The notes: generated by a model from the sequence alone, not told the origin. Counted from the first letter of the stretch, positions 16,671 through 25,740 are shown. The stretch is DNA of 61,263 nt from Candidatus Binatia bacterium (GCA_036506735.1 DASXRG010000184.1:1-61263), one strand, 5' to 3'. Numbers and translations are program-made.

Positions 16671-17975
16671 TTATTTCTTCACGAGCTTCTGCCAGCGGCT
16701 GTAAAATTCCCGCTCGTTTAGCTCTAGAGGCGCGGGCTTCACAAATGCGTCGGGCCCTCGCCAATTGCTGGCTTTGACCGGTTCCAGACCCATCTTATAT
16801 TGGAGCGATAGCCGCCGCGCCATCGGGCCGCGGAGCGCCTGCGTGATCTCGCCCCAATTCTCCATGTCGTCCTGCTCGAACATTCCGGTCATACCGAAAC
16901 TTCTCAGATAACATTCCTTCGACGCTTCTTTCCACCGGGCGGGCGCATTCTTGTCGACGAAGCACCACGACCAGACTTCCATCTTGTGCGGCCCCTTCGG
17001 CTGCCACTGGCGGAGCGTGAGAAAGGAAACGATATCGCTCGGCGCGCCGCCCCATTCCTCGGGCAGGTGCTTCGACGTGGTGAGGAAGCTCAGGTTGGGA
17101 AAGACATTGCCGATGATCCCGACCAGCGGCCGCATAATTTCGAGCTGCTCCGGGCTTAGATGCCGGTCGATCTCCGGCCAGATCTCTTGCGGCAGTCCGA
17201 GGTAGTGGTCGCTCGCGGCGTCTCCCGCCCAGTAGGTCACGACGCCGGAGTGGCCGTTGCGCATCGGCATCGTGGAGCTTTGGATATGCGGCCCGCGCGC
17301 CGTGCCAAGGTTCAGTTCTTTGAGAAAGCCGTGGGTCGTTCCGATATGGGCGCCGTCGCCGGCGAAGTTGGCGGCGGCGAGCTTCCAGTTGGCATCGGTG
17401 ATCCACCGCATCGGCCCGCTCACGACCTCCGACCCTTCGCTCCGCCCGAACATCAAATCCAACACCCATCTCATCTCGCCGAGATACTCCTGAAGCCCCT
17501 CCGCCTTCTCGTCCCAACTCCCGAATATCAGCCCGCGGTAACTCTCGACCCGTGCCTCCCATAATCCGAGACTCTCTTTGTCCAGCTTCCCCTGATAGCC
17601 TTCGAAAAACGGCACCGCGGCAAGTTTCCCCATATTATTGTACGTCCAGCCGTGATAGGGACAGCGCATCTGCGCCGCCTTGCCCGCGTCTTCGGCGCAC
17701 ACTCGGCGGCCGCGGTGGCGGCAGACGTTCAAAAAAACCCGCGCCTTGCGGTCCTGCCCGCGCCAGACGATCACCGGGTCTTCGCCCATCGAGCGGGTGA
17801 CGAAGTCGCCCGGTTCGGGAATCTCCGAGTCATGCGCCAGAAACAGCCACGACCGGCTGTAAATCCGCTCCTGCTCGAGCCGGTAGATCTCCTCGTCGAC
17901 GAAGATTTCCGCGCTCACCAACCCGGCGTCGGCGTCGACCCAGGGCGAGTTCTCTTTTTTCGTGGGGTTTTTCAT
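16671..17975 (-). CDS. Rieske-type aromatic-ring-hydroxylating oxygenase alpha subunit (copy 2)
   Basis: 434 aa. Same Rieske motif and DGAHIGTTH. It is a near-identical N-terminal half of copy 1. Confidence 0.9.
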   Translation of the reverse strand: MKNPTKKENSPWVDADAGLVSAEIFVDEEIYRLEQERIYSRSWLFLAHDSEIPEPGDFVTRSMGEDPVIVWRGQDRKARVFLNVCRHRGRRVCAEDAGKAAQMRCPYHGWTYNNMGKLAAVPFFEGYQGKLDKESLGLWEARVESYRGLIFGSWDEKAEGLQEYLGEMRWVLDLMFGRSEGSEVVSGPMRWITDANWKLAAANFAGDGAHIGTTHGFLKELNLGTARGPHIQSSTMPMRNGHSGVVTYWAGDAASDHYLGLPQEIWPEIDRHLSPEQLEIMRPLVGIIGNVFPNLSFLTTSKHLPEEWGGAPSDIVSFLTLRQWQPKGPHKMEVWSWCFVDKNAPARWKEASKECYLRSFGMTGMFEQDDMENWGEITQALRGPMARRLSLQYKMGLEPVKASNWRGPDAFVKPAPLELNEREFYSRWQKLVKK

Positions 17976-17987
17976 ATCAGGAAGATT

Positions 17988-18032
17988 CCCTCACCCTCGC
18001 CCTCTCCCTGAGGGAGAGGGAAGGGGTGAGGG
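17988..18032. repeat. Family A palindromic repeat, copy 2
   Basis: ccctcaccctcgccctctccctgagggagagggaaggggtgaggg, between the SBP stop and the alpha copy 2 start. Confidence 0.85.
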
Positions 18033-18040
18033 TTTTCGAA

Positions 18041-19129
18041 TCACTCTCCCAAGAGTTGTTTCAACAGAACCACCAGCGGCTCCTCGATCTTGATCGCTTC
18101 CTCCGTATTGGTGATCGGCCAGCCGGGCTGGGGAATCGCCCAGGGCTCCACGTGATCATTGGGCACGTCGGCTCGCAGGCTGGGGTCGCCCGTGGCCTTC
18201 GAAAAGAGTAGGCCGGCCTCTCTCGATAGAACCCAATTGACATAGAGTTTTGCCGCGTTGGGATGAGGACCGCGGGTCGCTTTCGAGACGTTCGCAAAGG
18301 CCGAGGTCACGTTGGTCCCTTCCTTGAGCTGTCCGCCGGGCACCGCTTTAACCGGCAGCCCCTCCTGGATGTAGCGATCCATCTGAATATCGCTGCAGAT
18401 GCAGATCGGGTACTGTCCCTGGGCGATCCACTTGGAGGCGGTCCCGTCGTCCTGGATCATCTTCAAATCTTGCTGGACGAGCTTCTTGATAAATTCGGTG
18501 CCGAGCTCTTTGTGGATGTAAAAAAAGCCGAACGTGGATTGGCCGTAGCCGGAGAGGCGCGGGTCGCGGCCGATCAGGATCTTGCCCTTCCAGCGGGGAT
18601 TGAGAAGCTCCTTCCAGCTTTTGAATTCTTCGAGCTTGACGAGGTTGCTGTTGATGTAAAGGTACTGTCCGGCGCGGCGCAACATCGAGAGGCCGATCCG
18701 CTCTTTATCGAAGAACGGCAGCTCGCCGCCGCGCCAGCTCTTCGGGTCCTTGACGTCGGGGAGAATCAGGTTGGGCTCGATCGGCTCAAGGGCGCCGATC
18801 GGCCTGAGGCCCCTGATCAAGGTGGAGGTGCCCGCGATAAAAACGTCCCAGGCATAAACGCCGCCCTGTCGCTCGCGCTGAACGCGCGGCGTAAGCTCCG
18901 GACCGCCGAAGCCCGAATACTCGATCTGGACACCGTACTTCTTCTCGAACGTTTCGGTCAGCGCTTGCCGGCGCTGATCGCCTCTCGGCGCCGCGAGATT
19001 CAGCCGGCCCTCTTTTTTTGCCGCGGCCGCCAATTTGTCCCATTCTTCCTGCCAGCCGCCGGCGGCAAACGAGCTGGTGACGAGCAAGCATGACAAAGAC
19101 AGCGCCAGCAGGTTCAACCGTGCGATCAT
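18041..19129 (-). CDS. Periplasmic solute-binding protein, ABC family-1 / ferric-type fold (SBP paralog 1)
   Basis: Track ORF trimmed to the ATG giving MIARLNLLALSLSCLLVTSSFAAGG (signal peptide). Shares the PHPNAAKLYVNWVLSRE motif with five other ORFs in the window. Confidence 0.8.
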   Translation of the reverse strand: MIARLNLLALSLSCLLVTSSFAAGGWQEEWDKLAAAAKKEGRLNLAAPRGDQRRQALTETFEKKYGVQIEYSGFGGPELTPRVQRERQGGVYAWDVFIAGTSTLIRGLRPIGALEPIEPNLILPDVKDPKSWRGGELPFFDKERIGLSMLRRAGQYLYINSNLVKLEEFKSWKELLNPRWKGKILIGRDPRLSGYGQSTFGFFYIHKELGTEFIKKLVQQDLKMIQDDGTASKWIAQGQYPICICSDIQMDRYIQEGLPVKAVPGGQLKEGTNVTSAFANVSKATRGPHPNAAKLYVNWVLSREAGLLFSKATGDPSLRADVPNDHVEPWAIPQPGWPITNTEEAIKIEEPLVVLLKQLLGE

Positions 19130-19266
19130 ATTTTTCCCCGTCAATGCGCGTACGCTATCAAGATGCGAGGAGCATATCAAAGCATGCGGCGCTATTTCTA
19201 CGCAAAAGAAGTTGACAATCGACTCGGCGAGTTGCAACACTTGGCAAAGGAAATCTTCTATTCTCT

Positions 19267-20478
19267 ATGAAATCAGCTCTGCCCCTTTGCAAGATTCGCG
19301 TTTTGGATTTCAGCCATATTCTGGCGGGGCCGTTTTGCACGCGGCTCCTCGCCGACTTCGGCGCCGACGTCGTGAAGGTCGAAACGCGGACGCGCCAGGA
19401 CCGCATGGGCGCGGTCAAGCCGGGCGATCGGCTCAAAGGGCGCTCGGACCGGCCGCCGGCTTATCTCACGACCAATCGCAACAAGCGCTCGATCACGATC
19501 AACTTGAAAACCGACGAGGGAAAAAATCTGGCTCTCAAGCTCGCCGCCACAGCGGACGTGGTCGTGGAGAATTTCAGCGCCGGCGTCATGGATCGCCTCA
19601 AGCTCGGCTACGCGCATTTAAAGGCGGTCAATCCGCGCATCATCTATGTCGCGATGTCGGGCTACGGTCACGACGGCCCACGCAAAGATTGGACGAGCAT
19701 GAACATGAACCTCCAGGCTTACACCGGCCTCATGATGGCCACCGGCGCCGAGGGCGATGCGCCGACGGCGATTTCCAATTCCTGGAACGACTACATCGCC
19801 GGGCTACACGCGTGCTTCGGAATCCTGCAGGCGTTTTCCGAGCGCGAAGTGACACGGGTGGGCGTCAATCTCGATTTGAGCCAGTTCGAATGCAGCGTCG
19901 CGACTTTCGGCGCTCTGCTCCTGAGCAGCGCCGTCAACGGAGTCCCGCCGCCCAGACTGGGAAGCCGTTCGACTCATTGGGCGCCTCAGGGGGTTTACCG
20001 CTGCGCCGGGAAAGACGACTGGTGCGCGATCAGCGTTCAGAAGAGCGATGAGTGGCGCGCGCTCGTCAAAGCGATGGGAAGTCCAAGCTGGGCGGCGAAG
20101 ACGGAATATGAAACTCTCGTGGGCCGGCTCAAACAGCATGATGAAATCGACGCCGGGATCGAAACGTGGACCGGGACGCTTCCGGCCGCCGAAGTCGAGC
20201 GAAGTCTCAAAGCCGCGGGAGTTCCGGCGGAGCGCATGCGGCGCATTCCGGAAGTCTTGGCAGACAAGAACGGCGCGAGCGTGTTCCGGCCGCTCAACGA
20301 CCCGCGCGATCAAGACCGGCTCGTCACGGAGTTGCCGTTTAAATTTTCTCGAAGCCCGGTGGCGCCGCTTTCTCCCGCGCCTGGTCTCGGCGAGCACACG
20401 CGCGAGGTGCTGCGCGATTGGCTCGGAATCGACGAGAAAGAAATTAAGCGACTCGAAGAAAACGGAACGCTGCAGTGA
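19267..20478 (+). CDS. Family III (CaiB/BaiF) CoA-transferase
   Basis: 403 aa. IRVLDFSHILAGPFCTRLLADFGADVVKVE N-terminus and the NDYIAGLH segment carrying the family catalytic Asp. Confidence 0.9.
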   Translation: MKSALPLCKIRVLDFSHILAGPFCTRLLADFGADVVKVETRTRQDRMGAVKPGDRLKGRSDRPPAYLTTNRNKRSITINLKTDEGKNLALKLAATADVVVENFSAGVMDRLKLGYAHLKAVNPRIIYVAMSGYGHDGPRKDWTSMNMNLQAYTGLMMATGAEGDAPTAISNSWNDYIAGLHACFGILQAFSEREVTRVGVNLDLSQFECSVATFGALLLSSAVNGVPPPRLGSRSTHWAPQGVYRCAGKDDWCAISVQKSDEWRALVKAMGSPSWAAKTEYETLVGRLKQHDEIDAGIETWTGTLPAAEVERSLKAAGVPAERMRRIPEVLADKNGASVFRPLNDPRDQDRLVTELPFKFSRSPVAPLSPAPGLGEHTREVLRDWLGIDEKEIKRLEENGTLQ

Positions 20479-20495
20479 CTTTTGGAACCTCGTCA

Positions 20496-20631
20496 CCCCC
20501 GAATGTACTTATCGGGGGTCCAGTCAGAATTTCTGGATTCCCGCCGAAGGACGGATCCGTCCGAAGCCCTGTGGCGGACCCGCTTCAGCCTGAGGCTGAT
20601 CCGTCCTCTGGCGGAAAAAGCATGCGGGAAT
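20496..20631. repeat. Composite palindromic region: small hairpin (cccccga..tcggggg) plus outer 8-bp arms attcccgc/gcgggaat that enclose other palindromes
   Basis: Read directly. The outer arms lie at about 20537-20544 and 20624-20631. They enclose a ggacggatccgtcc palindrome and a family C twin hairpin. Confidence 0.6.
20585..20615. repeat. Twin-hairpin module (family C) copy 3
   Basis: TCAGCCtgaGGCTGA + TCCGtCCtctGGCGGA. Confidence 0.75.
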
Positions 20632-21166
20632 GACGGACAAAATTATGGCTACTGAAATCAACGCGCTGATCACTGACGAGCTGCGTTCCTGGATCGGAAG
20701 ATCGAGCCCGCGGTTGCCGCTGCCCGAGGCCGTGTCGGCTTCCGATATCCGGCGCTACGTCGACGCCACGGAAGATCGCAACCCGCTCTGGCTCGACGAC
20801 GATGCGGCGCGCGCGGCGGGGTATAAAGGAAGAGTCGTGCCGCCCATGCTGGTGTTGGAGCTGACGCGCCGGGCCCAGGATGAATCCGGAGACGGCGCCG
20901 GCTGGTGGCACAAGCTCCCGCTTCCGCCCGACTACACCGACACGCGCAACGCCGGCGGCGAGCTCGAATGGCTGGCGCCGGTCTACGTCGGCGACCGGCT
21001 CGCTCTGGAGAGCGTTATCGTCGACATCGCCGCGCGCCAGGGAAGGGCCGGCCTCGGCATTTACGTCACGCGCGAAGAACGCGTCTTGAACCAGCGCGGC
21101 GAAGTCGTTCTCAAGCGCCGGCAAACCCTCGCCCGCTTTCCGAAGACGGAATATAAGGACAGCTGA
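20630..21166 (+). CDS. MaoC-like dehydratase, N-terminal-type (FAS1-like) hot-dog protein
   Basis: 178 aa. IRRYVDATEDRNPLWLDDDAARAAGY hydratase-motif region. The first ATG lies inside the repeat, so the ATG at about 20645 (MATEIN) may be the true start. Confidence 0.75.
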   Translation: MTDKIMATEINALITDELRSWIGRSSPRLPLPEAVSASDIRRYVDATEDRNPLWLDDDAARAAGYKGRVVPPMLVLELTRRAQDESGDGAGWWHKLPLPPDYTDTRNAGGELEWLAPVYVGDRLALESVIVDIAARQGRAGLGIYVTREERVLNQRGEVVLKRRQTLARFPKTEYKDS

Positions 21167-21169
21167 AAG

Positions 21170-22294
21170 ATGTCGCGCATCATCGATCTCACGGAGCATT
21201 CGGGAGCTTACGCCGCCCGCCTTCTGGCCGAGACCGGCCATGACGTGATTCGCGTCGAGCCGCCCGAAGGCGACCCGCTGCGCCGGCTGGGACCTTATCT
21301 CGGCGGCAAGCCCGGCCTCGAAAAAGGCTCGTATCATCAGTTCATGAACGCCGGGAAGCGTAGCCTCACTTTGAATCTCAAATCGCCCGCCTGCCGAAAA
21401 ATATTTCTCGATCTGGTCAAGAGCGCCGACGCCGTGATCGCGAACCTCCCGTTGCCCGTCGATGAAGCAGTCCTTCTCGAAGCGCGGTCGAACCTCGTGC
21501 TGATAAAAATCGAAGACGGCGAGCCCGAGCTGTGCGCCGTCGCGCGCTCCGGGCTACTCGCGATCACGGGACATCCGCGGGAGCGGCCAGTCCTGCTCGG
21601 CGGCCACGTCGTCTACGCCGCGATCGGCCTCCACGTCGCCGTCGCCGCCGCCGTCGCGCTTTACGTTCTCAAGCAGACCGGCGCGGGCCAGGTCGTAAGC
21701 GTCGCGGCGCAACAGTGTCTTCAAGCCTTGGCCGAGCAGACGATGGTCGCGTATACTTCGACGGGAAAAGTGACCGAGAGGCGCGGATATCGCGGCGCCA
21801 TAACCGCCGTGTCGGGCGCCTTCCCGTGCGCCGACGGCTACTGGATGGTGAGCGTTCCGCATACGCCCGAAGGCTGGGGCAAATTTATGGACTGGGTGAA
21901 AGATCCCGTGCTGATGGAAGACAAGGCGCTCTTGGACGAAGCCGAGCGGAATGCAAAAAAAGATCTGATCCTCGACCGCCTCGAAGAGTGGTCGAAAAAA
22001 TTCAAGAAAGCGGAGATCGTCGCCGAGGCGCAGCGGCGTCACATTCCGGCTTCGCCCGTCTCCACGGCGCTCGACCTGGCTCACGACCCGCAATTGATCG
22101 CGCGGGGCTTTTTAACCGAGATCGATCATCCCCTGTTCGGGAAAATTCTTTTCCCGGTCGGCGCCATCGCGAGCGTCCTGGGCCGAAAGCTCGAGCTGGC
22201 GCCTCGTCTCGGCCAGCACAGCGCGGAGATTCTCGCCGAACTGGGATATTCGGCGGCCGACCATCAGGCGCTGCTCAAAACCATGGCGATGTGA
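21170..22294 (+). CDS. Family III CoA-transferase paralog (possibly non-catalytic)
   Basis: 374 aa. GAYAARLLAETGHDVIRVE N-terminus. By eye, the segment aligned to the catalytic-Asp motif reads VYAAIGLH. Confidence 0.85.
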   Translation: MSRIIDLTEHSGAYAARLLAETGHDVIRVEPPEGDPLRRLGPYLGGKPGLEKGSYHQFMNAGKRSLTLNLKSPACRKIFLDLVKSADAVIANLPLPVDEAVLLEARSNLVLIKIEDGEPELCAVARSGLLAITGHPRERPVLLGGHVVYAAIGLHVAVAAAVALYVLKQTGAGQVVSVAAQQCLQALAEQTMVAYTSTGKVTERRGYRGAITAVSGAFPCADGYWMVSVPHTPEGWGKFMDWVKDPVLMEDKALLDEAERNAKKDLILDRLEEWSKKFKKAEIVAEAQRRHIPASPVSTALDLAHDPQLIARGFLTEIDHPLFGKILFPVGAIASVLGRKLELAPRLGQHSAEILAELGYSAADHQALLKTMAM

Positions 22295-22323
22295 GGCTCG
22301 TTGAAAATTGGGACGGAAGGGCA

Positions 22324-22360
22324 CCCTCACCCTTCCCTCTCCCTAAAGGGCGAGGGTAAG
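22324..22360. repeat. Family A palindromic repeat, degenerate copy 3
   Basis: ccctcacccttccctctccctaaagggcgagggtaag. Confidence 0.65.
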
Positions 22361-22387
22361 AAGTTATGAGATCGCCTATGAGTGATT

Positions 22388-22420
22388 CCCTCTCCCTCTG
22401 GGAGAGGGCAAGGGTGAGGG
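22388..22420. repeat. Family A palindromic repeat, partial copy 4
   Basis: ccctctccctctgggagagggcaagggtgaggg. Confidence 0.7.
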
Positions 22421-22436
22421 CTCTTTTTAATCCTCA

Positions 22437-22931
22437 GTGGGCGAGCGCAAGCTGATGACGCAGTTGATGGAAGCGCAAAATTATTTTGACAACGTGAACG
22501 TCGGCGACGCTCTTCCGTCCCGGAGCTTCGGGCCGCTGACGATCGTCGACACGGTGCGCTGGGCCGGGCTCCAGGAAAACTGGGCGCGGCTCCACTTCGA
22601 CCGCGAGCACGTGCGCGAGCAGAGCGGGCTTAAGACTTTCATCGCGAGCGGCGCGTACCGACAGGCGCTTTTGATTCGCGCGCTCACGGACTGGATCGGC
22701 CCGCGCGGCTGGCTCAAAAAGCTGAGCGTGCGCCACACCGCTCCGACTTTCGAGGGCGACATGATGATCTATTCGGGGAAAGTCGTCGAAAAATCTTCCA
22801 TGAGCAGCGATCCGTGGATCGCGTGCGAGCTGGAAGGAAAAAACCAGGAAGGAAAGCAGATCGTGACGGGAAAATGCACGGTGATTTTGCCTGCGAAAAC
22901 GACTTCTCATGCTTCGACAGGCTCAGCATGA
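22437..22931 (+). CDS. MaoC-like (R-hydratase-type) hot-dog protein
   Basis: 164 aa. TIVDTVRWAGLQENWARLHFDREHV motif region. The start may be the downstream MTQLMEA. Confidence 0.75.
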   Translation: MGERKLMTQLMEAQNYFDNVNVGDALPSRSFGPLTIVDTVRWAGLQENWARLHFDREHVREQSGLKTFIASGAYRQALLIRALTDWIGPRGWLKKLSVRHTAPTFEGDMMIYSGKVVEKSSMSSDPWIACELEGKNQEGKQIVTGKCTVILPAKTTSHASTGSA

Positions 22932-22999
22932 ACGGAAATTTTTCATGATTTCACGTTGCCCCGTTCGCCCTGAGCCTCGTCGAAGGGTGAACATTTTTT

Positions 23000-24160
23000 A
23001 TGGCTAACGTTAGCGGCAAGTACGCCATCGTCGGCATCGGCGAGACGGAGGTCGGAAGGCGTCTGGACAAGACGATCACGGCGCTCGGCCTGCAAGCCGC
23101 CGTAGCCGCGATCGCCGACGCCGGTCTCGAGAAGGATCAGATCGACGGCCTCATCACGCACCAACAGCGCTCCAATCCTCAGGCCAACAGCTCGGCATTG
23201 TTGGCCGACCGGTTGGGAATCAAGCCGGCTTATATCAATGACATCAGCCTCAGCGGCGGCGCCGCGGGCACGATGGTCCTCACGGCCGTGGGCGCGATCG
23301 AGGCGGGACTCTGCTCCACCGTGCTGTGCGCTTCGGCGGGCGGCGGCCAGGCGCTCTCGCGCGAAGGCCGCGGCCACGGCAAGCTCGCGACCGGTTGGGA
23401 AGATTTCATGCATCCATTTGGTGGTGTCGCCGCGCCGATCCACTACGCGCTCGCCGCCCGACGGCACATGCACGTCTACGGGACAACTTCGCGCCAGTTC
23501 GGCGCGATCGCGGTGGCCTGCCGCAAGCACGCCGGCCTCAATCCCAACGCGCAAATGAAAAAGCCGATCACGCTCGAGGACCATCAAAGCTCGCGCATGA
23601 TCGCCGATCCGTTTCGTCTCCTCGACTGTTCGTTGGTCTCAACCGGCGCCGGCGCGTGGATCGTCACCAGCGCGGAGCGCGCCCGCGATCTCGCCAAACG
23701 GCCGGCCTATATTTGCGGCATGGGCTCGGCGGCCATTTTCAGCGGCGTGAATTACGCCGAAGACTTGACCTCGGTCGGCGGGCGGGAATCCTCGCGCCGG
23801 GCATTTGAAATGGCCCGTCTCAAACCGTCGGACGTCGACGTGGCGGAGCTTTACGACTGCTTTACTTACGTGGTGCTCGTCGCGCTCGAAGACTACGGCT
23901 TCTGCAAAAAAGGCGAAGGCGGAGCGTTTGTGGAAAACGGCCGCATCGAGCTCGGCGGCGAGCTGCCGGTCAACACGCACGGCGGCTTGCTCTCACAGGC
24001 ACACGTCGGCGGCATTTTTCACATCACCGAAGCGGTGACCCAACTACGCGGCGCCGCCGGCCCGCGCCAGGTGAAAGACGCCGAGGTCGCCGCGGTGAGC
24101 AGCCAGTGCGGCCAGTTGGGAATCCACGTGACGTTGCTATTGGGAAGCAGTCCGAATTAA
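23000..24160 (+). CDS. Thiolase-fold, SCP-x/Ltp-type protein
   Basis: 386 aa. YAIVGIGETEVGR N-terminus and NTHGGLLSQAHVGG C-terminal motif. The expected nucleophile position in NDISLSGG reads Ser rather than Cys (by-eye alignment). Confidence 0.85.
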   Translation: MANVSGKYAIVGIGETEVGRRLDKTITALGLQAAVAAIADAGLEKDQIDGLITHQQRSNPQANSSALLADRLGIKPAYINDISLSGGAAGTMVLTAVGAIEAGLCSTVLCASAGGGQALSREGRGHGKLATGWEDFMHPFGGVAAPIHYALAARRHMHVYGTTSRQFGAIAVACRKHAGLNPNAQMKKPITLEDHQSSRMIADPFRLLDCSLVSTGAGAWIVTSAERARDLAKRPAYICGMGSAAIFSGVNYAEDLTSVGGRESSRRAFEMARLKPSDVDVAELYDCFTYVVLVALEDYGFCKKGEGGAFVENGRIELGGELPVNTHGGLLSQAHVGGIFHITEAVTQLRGAAGPRQVKDAEVAAVSSQCGQLGIHVTLLLGSSPN

Positions 24161-24162
24161 AG

Positions 24163-24576
24163 ATGGAAAAGTCGAAAAAGATTTTGCCGATCCCAAACCC
24201 GGACACCGAACCCTTCTGGAAAGGCTGCGCCAATCGCAAGCTCTTGCTCCAACGCTGCGCCGCCTGCCAGGCCTACCGCCACCCGCCGAGTCCGATCTGT
24301 CACAACTGCTTGTCCCCGGAACACCAGTGGGTCGAGGCGTCGGGTCAGGGAATTATATATAGTTACGTAATCGCGCACGAAGCCTTACGCGGCTGGACCG
24401 GCGAGGTTCCTTACGTAGTCGCGATCATCGAGCTATCCGAAGGCCCGCACATGATCAGTAACGTCGTCGGCACACCGCTCGATCACATAAAAATCGGCAT
24501 GCCCGTGAAGGTATTCTTCGAGCCGGCAGGAGAAGAAATTTTCCTGCCCAAATTCCGCGCGGCTGACAAGGCGTGA
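24163..24576 (+). CDS. DUF35 OB-fold / zinc-ribbon protein (thiolase partner)
   Basis: Track ORF trimmed to the ATG 2 nt after the thiolase-like stop. PFWKGCANRKLLLQRCAACQAYRHPPSPICHNC zinc-ribbon motif. Confidence 0.85.
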   Translation: MEKSKKILPIPNPDTEPFWKGCANRKLLLQRCAACQAYRHPPSPICHNCLSPEHQWVEASGQGIIYSYVIAHEALRGWTGEVPYVVAIIELSEGPHMISNVVGTPLDHIKIGMPVKVFFEPAGEEIFLPKFRAADKA

Positions 24577-24660
24577 ACGAGCGTAAAACACCCCAGTTGA
24601 TTTCACAACGGTCTAGTACCGTCAAGCGAGATCAAAATCCAATGAGACTAGCGAAGCTTC

Positions 24661-25740
24661 TCATTTCGCGGGATCTTCACTCCAGAACTGGAGCAACTTG
24701 TCCTTTATAAATTGAATTTCTTTAGGGCAGCCCGTCTGGCCGCATCGGGCAGAAAAATTTCTATCATTAATGCTGAAAAAGTAATCATGCACAGGCGAGT
24801 CGCTGCCAAAATCACTCTGCAGCCATCGGCCGGATTTTTCACGTAGCCTAAGAACACCTTTTGCAGCGTCTGAGTCTAACAATTTATCAACCTCAACCTT
24901 AGGTACAAACTTCTCCCGGCCGTGCATATCTGTCAAATACCCGTCCTCGTAAAGGACGAGCTCATGAGGCGGCGCCCCCGCAGGATCGGGATGGACTCTC
25001 ATACCAACGACCATTGGAATCTTTAAAAACCGATGTGTCGGCTGATCAAACAAATAACGATCAAGGAAAGTCCCCCAAACTGCATTATTATAAATCCTTT
25101 TCTGTAAAACCCCGTCTGGCTTGCCCGCATTAAGAACTTCAATCCTGCCGTCAGGAAGAAACCTGGTTCCTACCGAAAGAGAGACTCTCCAAGGTTCGCT
25201 GTCGCTGAACGAATATCTTACGATCTCTTTCTCTTGAAGATCGTAACCAAAGATTAGCGCCTCAATGGTATTGCAGCTCTGATACTGGATTATCACAATC
25301 TGCTCCTTGCTTTGTCCTGCGAGCGGAAGGTTGCTCTTTTTAAGGCCTGGATTCCACGCAAGGTGACCTTCTACGAAGGACAAGTCCAAGGAATATGCGG
25401 CAAGACGATTCCCTCCTATCTCGAATTCTAATCTAAATCTTCCGTCAATCTCCTTACCCCCTTCCGGAGCCGGGCAACCATACGGCTTGACCAGCACGGT
25501 TTCTCTCACTTTTTCGGGAAACAAGCGCGCCTTGCCTAATAATGTGTCTGTAATACGAAACTGAATTTCGGACAGAGGTATCGAACCGTTCTCTTTTTTT
25601 TCTATATTGGCCTGTGCTGACCTCCTCTCGGCCGGATTCGCTGCGTCAAGGTAGTCGTGCACCGGATGAAACGGAGTCAGCACCAACACCAAAACGGCGG
25701 CAGTCAAGAACAGCCGTGATTTTGCATTATTTTGGATCAT
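24661..25740 (-). CDS. Hypothetical membrane-anchored protein, no recognisable family
   Basis: The long ORF lies in an AT-rich stretch; my spot counts of two 60-nt lines give 42-45% G+C. An ATG gives MIQNNAKSRLFLTAAVLVLVLTP (single N-terminal TM). The track ORF starts 48 nt further upstream at a TTG. Confidence 0.6.
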   Translation of the reverse strand: MIQNNAKSRLFLTAAVLVLVLTPFHPVHDYLDAANPAERRSAQANIEKKENGSIPLSEIQFRITDTLLGKARLFPEKVRETVLVKPYGCPAPEGGKEIDGRFRLEFEIGGNRLAAYSLDLSFVEGHLAWNPGLKKSNLPLAGQSKEQIVIIQYQSCNTIEALIFGYDLQEKEIVRYSFSDSEPWRVSLSVGTRFLPDGRIEVLNAGKPDGVLQKRIYNNAVWGTFLDRYLFDQPTHRFLKIPMVVGMRVHPDPAGAPPHELVLYEDGYLTDMHGREKFVPKVEVDKLLDSDAAKGVLRLREKSGRWLQSDFGSDSPVHDYFFSINDRNFSARCGQTGCPKEIQFIKDKLLQFWSEDPAK

